The notes below the pieces were generated by a model. That model had not been told where the DNA came from. It ran no database searches and was given only the letters and a program-made list of their open reading frames with translations. Made by a program: the position numbers and the translations under genes. A stretch of DNA of 64,000 nucleotides from Phaeosaccion multiseriatum. Its lineage: Eukaryota; Protista; Ochrophyta, other classes. Each line of letters opens with the position of its first letter. The stretch's first letter is position 1. The stretch covers positions 1,426,001-1,490,000 of the forward strand of contig OZ218950.1 of the NCBI GenBank assembly GCA_965112735.1. Reading direction: 5' to 3'. Below, piece by piece: positions 13,605 through 24,200 of this stretch.

Positions 13605-14820
13605 TATTTTATCTCTCCTAGTTTCTCTCGCCTGTCTGGGTGCGTCTCCAGCTTGCACTGCATACCGCACCCTCGCCGAGCTCTCGCCTCAGCTTTGGCC
13701 TTCGCCCTCTTCTCTCCCCTTCCTTTACCGCCACCGCCGCTCACAACCCGCGACAGCCGCTGAAGACTCACGCCGACGAAGCCAATTTCAAGTCGACGGG
13801 CGTCAAGGGATACCAGGTGAGGGAGCGGGGACGAGAGGGATCAGGGCTGCGCTCTTCCTGCTGCTGGTGCTGGTGCAGGGAGTACGAGACAAGAAGGCCT
13901 TCCTCCCTTCTTTTTTTTCCCTCTTCTCGCCCTGACCATCAGCATTGACATGGCCATGGCATGGCTGCTGCGCCGCTTGATTGCTATGCTGTACCACTTG
14001 CCTAACTGCCCCACTCTGCTCTCCCCCTCCCTCCCTCCCTCCCTCCCTCCCTCTCTGTATCACCAACTGTCCTACCAGATCGGGGTAGCGGTGGACCCTG
14101 TGAAGCTCGACTCAGTGGACAAGTTTGGGACACCCGAAGAGGTGGGAAAGAGAGTGCTCAAGGTGAGTGACTGGCTGGCTGGCTGGCTGGCTGGGTGGCT
14201 GGCTGGATGGGTGGGTGGATGGGTGGGTGGTGCCTGCTGAGGGCTTTTGCGAATGAACATCGACAACGAATTCTCTCGTGTGTGGTGCACTTGTACACAC
14301 CACACAGGCATACACACTCACACACGCACACACACACACACACATACACACACACTCACACTCAGACTCACACTCACACTCACGCTCACAGGTCGAGCAG
14401 GGCAAGGACGGCTTCTTGGACGGGGAACTTCTGAGCACCGCCGAAGAGAGGCAGGCCGATGGGGTGGCGTCTTACGTGTTCGAATACGCGGTAAGCAATG
14501 TCAGCCTGTGAGCGACCCATGCACCTGACGTCCGTTCTTGGCACTACCGACGGGTGAACCCCTCCCCCGCCCCGGCCCTCTCTGCCACGTCAAGCGACGC
14601 CTTTCAGTCTGTAAAGTGTAGACAGCTTTTCGACGCCATTCTTCCACAGTCCGTTCTTCCTTCCTTCCTTCCTTCATTTCCTTTCTTCCTACCTTTGCCG
14701 AAATGGCGAGTATGAGAGGAAGAGGATTGTGTCCTGACACGCCTCCCACACCCCCTCCTCTGCACATACAATCACACACACACATACACACGCACACTCA
14801 ACTCTCACGCACACACACAC

Positions 14821-14868
<48 letters not shown>

Positions 14869-15021
14869 GAGAGCTCCCACTACAACACGCACTTCATCGC
14901 CAAGGCGGCAGTGAAGGACGGGAAGCTCTTTGTGCTCACGGCACAAGCAAAGGTCAAGGACTTTGAAACCGTCAAGGAGGGCATGAAACGCATGATTCAG
15001 AGCTTTCGGGTACTGTCATGA
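13115..15021 (+). CDS. PsbP-domain thylakoid lumen protein (PPD2-like), plastid-targeted
   Basis: Five exons: ~13115-13501, 13757-13816, 14079-14162, 14392-14490, 14866-15021. The spliced product reads ..YTFEVPEGFKSFRKPLKTHADEANFK..YQIGVAVDPVKLDSVDKFGTPEEVGKRVLKVEQGKDG..YVFEYAVESSHYNTHFIAKAAVKDGKLFVLTAQAK..MIQSFRVLS*, typical of the PsbP fold. It has a signal peptide ending SFG|F and a twin-Arg motif SRRRFV with an A-F-A cleavage site. Confidence 0.88.
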
Positions 15022-15648
15022 GGCTCGAGTCAGTCGAGGATAAATCAGGTCAATCGATGTTGCACTTGGTCGATAGTGCCAGGCTCTGCAAGTCTGTTCG
15101 TCGGGGCTTCGAATCGATACACTGGACACACCGGGCCGGGCGGGGCAGGCGATGAAGTGTTGAGGATCTCGTCCTTGACGCCCTTCCTCTTGCCCTTGTC
15201 TGGAGATGGTGCAAGGGTGGGTAGGGAGGGACGGGCGAAGGCGGGTGGCGAAGAAGGTTGACAGAGCCCCCCCTCCACCCCTTCCTCCTCTCCCGCTGCT
15301 GCCCCGGCTGACACCCCTTACCGATGTCTCCTCCCAAGGGGTCCCAAGGGGGTCGCATCTCCTCCCCCCACCCCCCCCCACGGGGTTGTGAAGGTGTCAG
15401 GACGTGGTTCAAGAAGACGAAAGAGAAATGTGCTGCAGAGCGCACATGTGGATGGCTCAAGATTGGAAGCGAACGCACACGGGGGCATGTGTGTGCAGAA
15501 GCACAGACTGGCAGGAGGGCGGGAGGGAGAATCAATCCTAGAATTGCGTTGTGTGTGCAAATGCAAAAGGGCATTGTTTTTTTTCCTACGATAAGAAATT
15601 AAAGTAAATTATTTCTCTTTTGCCTCTCTTGGCAACTCTTATCGCTTT

Positions 15649-16122
15649 ATGCCTCTGATGGCACGCCCATCCTGCCCATATGCCTCTGATGGCATGCCCA
15701 GCCTGCCCATATGCCTATGATGGCATGCCCAGCCTGCCCATATGCCTCTGATGGCATGCCCAGCCTGCCCATATGCCTCTGATGGCATGCCCAGCCTGCC
15801 CATATGCCTATGATGGCATGCCCAGCCTGCCCATATGCCTCTGATGGCATGCCCAGCCTGCCCATATGCCTATGATGGCATGCCCTGTCTGCCCATATGC
15901 CTCTGATGGCATGCCCTGCCTGCCCATATGCCTCTGATGGCATGCTCAGCCTGCCCATATGCCTCTGATGACATGCCCTGTCTGCCCATATGCCTCTGAT
16001 GGCATGCCATGTCTGCCCACATGCCTATGATGACATGCCCTGTCTGCCCATATGCCTCTCATGGCATGCCCTGTCTTGCCATATGCCTCTGATGGCATGC
16101 CCTGTCTTGCCATATGCCTCTG
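15649..16122. repeat. 31-bp minisatellite, ~15 copies, between convergent genes
   Basis: Unit TGCCTCTGATGGCATGCCCAGCCTGCCCATA with period 31 (e.g. 15681 and 15712); it degenerates toward the right. Confidence 0.95.
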
Positions 16123-16179
16123 GGGGATGGCACCATCAAGGGTTCGGGAGAGGGCCCGCCCGCCCCGCCCATGATTCTC

Positions 16180-16495
16180 TTAAATCACTGGTGAGGAGAG
16201 AAGACCTCCCCACTTTCCTCCTCCTCCTCGGCGCCTCGACCCTCGAGCAGCCTTACTAAAGCTCGGCAGTAGTGAGGTATCAAGCTCCAAGTGAGCCCCT
16301 ACCCCACGCAGGTACGCCACAAGGCGAATCACGGCAGTCACATCCCGGGGCAGCCGCTTAAAGGCCACACGTGTCAACGCGGAGTCCCTCTCTAAGGGGG
16401 AGAGCATGTACGCCGCAGAGCCCGACAGCTGCGTTTCGAAGAGGGCACGTGCGAGCATCACACTGGTCACTGGGGCTGTATCACCAACTGCTGCT

Positions 16496-16554
<59 letters not shown>

Positions 16555-17955
16555 GGGTGGTGTTGGTGGTGCTAGTCCGGCTCCTCCTCCTCCTGCCGCT
16601 GCTGGGCAGGAAGTGGGTACTGGGAGGTCTACGGCGAGGCCCAAGTCGTCCATCGCTTGCTTCACTCGCTGCTCATCCTTTGCGGTGGCTGCGGGGTGGG
16701 TGCAGGGGAGGAGAGGAGGGAGGTTGGCGCCAGTGTTAGTGTTGGCACCAAAAAATGGGGGTGGGGGGGGGAAGGGAGGGAGGGTGGGAGGGAGGGACGG
16801 AGGGAGGGACGGAGGGAGGGGGGAGGGAGGGAGGGAGGGAGGGAGGGAGGGAGGGAGGGGGTGGTGTGTTTTTGCGCATCCCATCACGTGGGGAAGCCTC
16901 CTATTTCGACATGAATGAATCGACATCGATACTCATTCACAGCACTCACGCACTCACGTTCTTTCTCCGCATCAATCTCGGCGAGTGCCATATAGAGGTC
17001 CCCCAGAGCAGCTCTTGTCTCGTTGGAGATTTCCGCGACGGCACCCAGGTCCAGCAAGCCCACCACCCCTCCTGTGTCACGGCTGCTCTTGGTCTCCGCA
17101 CTCATCATGTACAGCAGGTTTCCGGGCCGGGGGTTGGTAGGGAACACGCCATCTACAAGGACCATATGGGCGAAGGTGGAAAGAAGCTTGTCGAAATAGG
17201 CTTCACGCTCCTTCTCAGATACAGTGTGCTGGACCAGGTGCTGTGGGAGAGGATAAGGGGGGGGGGGGGGGGATGGCAGTGGATGGTGTGGATGGCAGTG
17301 CATGGCGGTGAGAGGAAGAAATGGGGGGGAATCGACGGCAGAGGTTGTGGATGAGCAAGAGAGCGCAACGCTTTCCCCTTCCCCACCCTCCGCCCTGACA
17401 CCCACCCACCCACCCTCTATCATAACCCCCTCTATCCTCACCATCCTCTGTCCTGACACCCATGTACCCACCCTCGGTCCTGACACCCACCCTCAGTCCT
17501 GACACCCACCCTCTCTGTCCTGAGACCCACCCACCTTGTCAGCGAGGTACACGCCCCTGAGAGCCGAGGTAATGAGTATGTCAGGGGAGCTCAGGGGTCC
17601 CACCCCTGGGCAGCGTACCACCTGGTAAGAGGGGGATGGCAGTGGACGGGAGGGGGGGGGGAGGGGGGGGCAGTCGAGGGGAGTATGGGGCATGGGTCCA
17701 GGAGGGGTGTTACACACAGGCTGCACAGGCTCACGCGGGACGCCCCTGCTCCTGTATCACCAACTGCCCTGCTGTTGCTCCTGTGCATCACCAACCTCCG
17801 GCACGCTGACGGCCCTGCCCAGCAGTCCTGCCCTAAGCAAATTGCCTCGCACCAGCTCCATCTTGCGGGCCTCCTCTCTCAAGTCGCGACACGAGTGCTT
17901 CACCATGTGGTTCAACTCCTGCATCACGCCTGGCGACGACGACGACGACGACGAC

Positions 17956-18000
<45 letters not shown>

Positions 18001-18595
18001 GGAGCGGGTATACGGGATATCATCGGGGTTCGGGTACATAGGTGTATCATGCGGTTAGGGTTGTATGTGTACTCTGTGTATCTCACTGTCGTCAAAGCCC
18101 ATTCCTCACTGACTTACCGTCGGGGTCCATCTCTAACCAGCCTCTGTGCCTCCACTGCCTCAGCAGGAGAGCCACCGTGTGCACATCGTCGCTGGCCAAC
18201 GCCTGCTGTCGGTGATTTGTTCTCTTAACCACCACAGGCACGGGCCTGCTACCGCCCACCCCCGCCCCCCCTGCTCCTCCTCCTCCTCCTCCTCCTCCTC
18301 CGCCTTTGGATGGCAGTTGAAGCATCGCCCTGTAGAGACAACACAAGCTCCCCCCGGGGAAGGCGATGGGTGTCACCTCCAGTAACTGCGAGCCCTTTTC
18401 GTATGCAAGGCTGGTTCCGCTGCTGCTGTTGCTGCTGCTACTGCTGCTACTCCGCTTACGCCTCCCCCCTCTTTGTCCCGTCGCTTTGGGGCTGTGCGAT
18501 ACCACCCACTTCCTATGGTGCTTGCCTCCTGCGGACACACAGGGGCAGGGGGGGGGGGGGAGGCGCGCGACAGACAGACAGACAGACAGATAGGA

Positions 18596-18666
<71 letters not shown>

Positions 18667-20893
18667 AAGAGAGAGTTAGATCCTCTGCACCAAGCAGCAG
18701 CAAGTGGCTTCATTTATTGTCACTCTCCTTCACTCACTCGCTCTCTCCCTCCCTCCCTCCCTTCCTTCCTTCCTTCCTTCCTTCCTTCCTTCCTCCCTCG
18801 ATCCCTCCCTCTCCCTTCCTCCATCCCTCCCTCTCCCTCACTCACCAAAGGTGGTGTTGAGCTCTCTCCTGAGCTGACTCATATGCCTCTTCCTGCTGCC
18901 CCTCCCTTGCAGCATGGCAGCATGGCAGGCCCAGTCTACCCCCTTCTCTAGCTGAAAGGCCTCGGTAGGGGTACCTTCCCGGCCGAGCCCGCCGGTCAGG
19001 AGCAGCATCACCTTGAGGAAGAGAAGACGCAAAAACGAATTCAAATTCACACACACCCACACGCACACACACGAATCGAGTTTGTCGAGTTTGCGTTTGA
19101 GTTTCGGCGGAGGCAAGCGAGCCATGGATTGATGGGAGGAGATATCAGTAGGCCTACAGAGACATCAAAAAAGAAAAGAGAGAGAGAGAGAGAAAGCCCC
19201 CCCCGCCCCCCTCCTCCATTTTAAAATTCTCTCTTCCTCCTTACCTGATCGAAGGCCAGCGGGTAGAGCCCTTGTAAACTATTGGACACGGAGCAGGCGT
19301 CCTCCAAGAAGAGTCTCAAGGGCGGTTTCATCATATCATAACCCTCGACTCGGATACCCACTCCATCTCCACCTTCTCCTGCCCGTCCACGTCCTACTCT
19401 GGTGCCATCGGCGTCGCTCCCCAGCAGTAGCGGTACCCCCCCTTCACCTCCACCCTCTTCCCCATGCTGTAGGACCATCCAGCTATTGCTGCCACTGCTG
19501 CCTCTGCTTCTCCTCCCCAGACCACCCTTCCTTCTATGCCGTGTCCTTCCTCCCCCGTGTAGTTTTAGTTGTTGTTGCTGTTGTGGTTGCCCCGTCGTCA
19601 GCTTTAATCGCCTCGCTAGCCGGACCATAGCCCTCCTTATCCTTAGCTGCAGAAGCAAGCGAAAGAGAGCCACACTTGACGCTACTCGACGCCACCAACG
19701 AAAGCACAACCAACGCAGAGCCGCCGAGAAGAGGATGGGATGCCAGAAGGGAAGGACCACCCGCTGAAGCAGGTGGCATAATTCCTCCTCCGACCTACTC
19801 ACTCGCGCTGCTCGACCGAGGTAAGCGGCGCGGAGAGCAAAGAGATCGAAGGGCGGCAGCAGCCATGAGAGCAGGGAGGTGACCACAAGGGTAGCGGCAT
19901 AAACTGGGACGGAGCGGAGGAAGGGGTCGGAGACGAGGAATGATGGCAGCTGAAGGTCGCGGATGAGGCCATGGTGGCCGCGAGAGGAAGTGAATGATGC
20001 GTTTGGGTCATCACTCGCTTCTCTTGCTCCTCCGGCTGCTGCTGTGTCGTTTGCCCGCCTCTTTCTGCTTCTTTGCGCGGCAGGCGTATCTGCCTGGGGG
20101 TTGGTCCATGGGTTCCAGAACTTCAGTCCTTTGCCTTCCCCTAGGGGGAGAGAGGGGGGGGGGGATGAGGCACAGGTCAAATCTTTTGGAGTGGAGCTCC
20201 TCGATGCTCCTCCTCAGGGCTTGCCTCGGCTCGGTTTGCGGGTGGGCTGCGGGGCTTGTGGCCCTTCTCTCACCTTTTTCATTGAGCTCTGCAGCAGTGA
20301 CCCGCACCACACCGCTGTCCTTGTCCTGCCGCATGATTCGCACAGTTCTGCTGCTCTCGTTCTTGCCTTTCAGTGCATTCATTGCTCTTGACACGGGATT
20401 TCTGTCCTCCTTCTTCGACACCTGGCTGCTGCTGCTGCTGCTGCTGCTGCCGCTACTACTGCTGCTGCTGCCACTACTACGTCTACCGAAGCCTGTGGAA
20501 GTGGAGGGGAAATACGCAGGGCACTTAATTAAATAAAGCACAAAAGGGACACTTCAAGAGCCAGACATTCGGATGTTTCGTTCAGGATGCCTTCATACCT
20601 GCTGCGCCATCTCCACTGGATCCTCCTCGCAAAAACAAGATCCGCCTACTAGCTCCTACTCCACTCTCTCCCTGCCTCCCTATCTCTGACAAGTGCCACA
20701 GTGAGGCTGGGAGCGAGGAGGAGGAGGAGGAGGAGGAGGAGGAGGAGGAGGAGGAGGAGGAGGAGGAGGAGGAGGAGGAGGAGGAGGAGGAGGGAGAGCA
20801 GGAGGAGGAGGAGGACGTTGCATTGAGGAGAACAGGACACAGCATCAAAGTGACAGACGCAAGTAAAGCCTCCCCTCTCCTTGAAGGAGGCAT
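16180..20893 (-). CDS. ABC1/UbiB-family atypical kinase-like protein, degenerate (probable pseudokinase), with N-terminal hydrophobic segments
   Basis: Approximate exons: 20893-20599, 20492-19245 (apparent frameshift at the G run 20154-20164), 19011-18846, 18528-18118, 17929-17796, 17621-17535, 17240-16958, 16688-16180. The motif order matches ABC1 kinases: TPIA..SL..LYRAML, VVVKR, DLREEARKMELVR, VSVPEVV, HMVLVDGVFPTNPRPGNLL, GLLDLGAV, LPRDVTAVIRLVAYLRGVG. Confidence 0.72.
17394..17534. repeat. Intronic minisatellite of (GTCCTGACACCCACCCACCCTCT)-like units
   Basis: About 5 degenerate units containing cctgacacc; the same unit occurs at 32862-32995. Confidence 0.8.
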
Positions 20894-21291
20894 CACTGTC
20901 CCTTCTTCGTGGAATATCCAATGAGACACTGTACAAGAAATGGGAATCAATGGGAATTGGAGGGGCGTGGATGAGGTGAAACTCAAATTGTTTCCTATAC
21001 GTTCCTACGTCACCAGTGATTCTACAGTGACAAAGATTACAAAAAAAAAACCAAAGGCGAGGAGGTGAGCAAATCGACAGCAAGGAGGAGGAGGGAAAAG
21101 AGGAGGAGAAGGGAAAGAAGAAGAAGAAGTAGTGGCAGCAGCGGCGACGGCAGCAGAAGCCTCAACAGCAAACATGAAAACATGGAAAAGCTCTGTCTTT
21201 CTTTTGATCCTCTCATTCTCTCCTCCCTTTCTGTCTCTCCCCGCGCTTGCTGCTACTACTGCTCGTTCTGTAGGGAGATCAGCTGCACGCA

Positions 21292-24200
21292 ATGTCTAGC
21301 TCCGAGGCAGAGGACGAGGACGTGAGTGGATCTGAGTCAGGATCAGGATCCGGCGGAGAATCGGGGTCTGACTCGGGGTCTGAGTCTGGCTCAAGCAGCA
21401 ATGGCAGTAGAAGTGGCGCTAGCAGCGACGAGGACAACAGCACTACTGGGGAAGGGAGTAGTAGCAGCGGAAGTAGAAGCGGGAGCGAGGACGAAAGCGG
21501 CAGCGAAAGCGACAGCAGCGGTAGCGGCAGCGCCGGTAGCCAGAGCAGCAGCCCCAGCAGCGACGACGAGAGCGACGTCGAGAGCGGCGACGGGGCTTCG
21601 GACAGCAGCCAAGATGGAAGTGCCACGGACAATGACGAAGATACCACTGCTTTGGTTGCCGCCGCCGAGCTGAGAAAGGCCAAGGACTTGTGTACGCTGA
21701 TGGATGGCACGGCCCTCCGCCTCTCGCACCGCTTCCCTCGCCCGCCGGTGCCCTCCCGCCGCTCCACGTCCTCGCGCCAGCCGCCGCTCCCACCCACGCA
21801 GCAGCAGCAAAAAGGAACAGACTCCGATTATCGGGCACCAGACGGCAAGGGAGAGGGACCCGAAGGGGAGAGAGGCCCTGCGTGGGGCTCTTTTTGGCCT
21901 TTTCAGGGACAGCAGCATCAGCAGCAGCAGCAGCAGCATCAGCAGCAGCAGCAGAAACCCCAGTCCACTTGGCCAGGCGAAGTGAACTCAGCGCGGCAGA
22001 TAGGCCCTCCGCAAGGCCCGGAGGAGGAGGGGGGGAGAGGGTGGTGGGGTGCGCTACGGACGGGAACGAAAGTCCTGGGAAGCTACGGTAAAGGGTACGC
22101 CAAGCCCGGTCCGGCATCAGAAGGAAGACAGGAGAGCAGCACGGCGGCAGAAGATGGGGCCACTGGAAAGAAGCGGTCTTGGCGAGAGCTTCGAACAGGA
22201 GCCAGGGTCGTGGGGGCGTACGGACTGCAGGCCAAGCGGGCTGCCGCTGCCGTCGCTCGGGCTGCTGCTGCTCGGGCTACGGCAGAGGCTGCTGCTGAGG
22301 CTGCTGGAAAGGCCGCTGCTGTGGAGGCGGAGGCACGTGGTCTCCAGCCTGAGGAGGTGGCAAATGCAGCAGCAGAGGCCGCTGAGGCAGCGGGGCAAGC
22401 CGTGGAGGAGGAAGCGGCGGTGCAAGAGGCCCAAGTTGTCGCGGCGGAGGCAGCAGAAGCACTTGCAGAAGCAGGGACTGCAGGAGAGGGCGTAGCGTCA
22501 GTCTATGGCGCCAAGGGGTGGCAGACACTCCGATCTGGGGCCCGAGGTGTTGGCACGTACGGTCTCCGAGCTAAGCGCGCTGCTTCCAGGGCTGCTGCTG
22601 CGAGGGCTACGGCAGAGGCGGCTGCTGAGGCTGCTGGAAAGGCCGCTGCTGTGGAGGCGGAGGCACGTGGTCTCCAGCCTGAGGAGGTGGCGAATGCAGC
22701 AGCAGAGGCCGCTGAGGCGGCAGGAACAGCAGTAGAGGAGGCAGCGGCGGTAGAAGAGGCTGCGGTTGTTGCAGCAGAGGCAGCAGAGGCGTTTGCAGGA
22801 AGAGCAGCAGAAGAGAGCGTGGCGCCTGCGTACGGCGCCAAGGGGTGGCAGACGCTCCGACCAGCCGCCAGAGGTGCTGGCACGTACGGTCTCCGAGCCA
22901 AGCGAGCCGCCGCTGCCTCCTCCAGAGCTGCTGCTGCTAGGGCTGCAGCCGCAGAAGCTGCTTTGTCTGCAGGAAAGGCAGCTGCTGTGGAGGCGGAGGC
23001 ACGTGGCCTCCAACCTGAGGAGGTGGAAGCAGTGGCAGCAGAGGCTGCTGAGGCGGCAGGGGCAGCCGTGGAGGAGGCAGCGGCGGCACAAGAAGCTGAG
23101 GTTGTCGCGGCAGAAGCAGTAGAAGCGTTTGCTGGAGGAGCAGCAGAGGCGACGAGTGGAGAGACGCAGACACCACCTTCGCGTTACGGGGCGAAACCGT
23201 GGCAGGGCTTACGCCAAGGGGCCCGAGGGGCAGGGGTGTACAGTCTCCGAGCTAGGCGAGCTGCTGCCGCTGCAATTAGGGCGGCTGATACAAGGGCGGC
23301 GGCAGCGGAAGCTGCTGAGGCTGCTGGCAAGGCAGCTGCTATGGAGGCGGAGGCACGTGGGCTTAAGCCGGAGGAGGTAGTAAATGCGGCAGCTGAGGCT
23401 GCTGAGGCGGCAGGAACAGCAGTAGAGGAGGCAGCGGCAGTAGAAGAAGCTGTGGTTGTGGCAGCAGAGGCAGCAGAGGCAGATGCAGGAAGAGAGGCAG
23501 AGGAGGTTGCAGGAGCTGGAGCAGGGGAGAGTGGAGCAGCTGCTTCGTATGGCGCCAAGGCGTGGCAGGGCTTGCGCGCAGGAGCCCGAGGGGTGGGCGT
23601 GTATGGCCTGCAGGCTAAGAGAGCTGCCGCTGCCGCTTCCAGGGCTGCTGATACGAGGGCGGCGGCAGCGAAAGCTGCTGAGTCTGCTGGCAAGGCCGCT
23701 GCCGTGGAGGCGGAGGCACGTGGTCTCCAGCCTGAGGAGGTGAAAGCGGCGGCAGTTGAGGCGGCTGATGCGGCAGGGGCAGCGGTGGAGGAGGCAGCGG
23801 CGGCGCAAGAGGCCTTAGTTGTCGCGGCGGAGGCAGCAGAGGCGATTGCAGGAGGAGCTGCAGCAGCAGGACTGAATGGGGCGCCTGCTTATGGTACCAA
23901 GGGGTGGCAGGCTTTGCGCTTAGGGGCCAGGGGAGTGGGGGTCTACGGTGTCCGAGCGAAGCGAGCTGTGGCCGCTGGGATCAGAGCTGCCGCCGCTATG
24001 GCTGAGGCGGGGAAAGCTGCAGCGGCTGCCGGGGAAGCCGCTGCTGTGGAGGCGAAGGCACGTGGTCTCAAGGCCGAGGAGGTGGAAGCCGCAGCAGCGA
24101 AGGCCGCTGAGGCGGCAGGGGCAGCAGTAGAGGAGGCAGCGGCGGCGCGAGAAGCTGAAGTTGTCGCGACGGAAGCAGCAGAGGCATTTGCAGAAGCAGG

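Noticed and set aside
15649-16122. CRISPR array
   Set aside because: The 31-bp units are contiguous with no unique spacers, there are no cas genes, and the context is eukaryotic.
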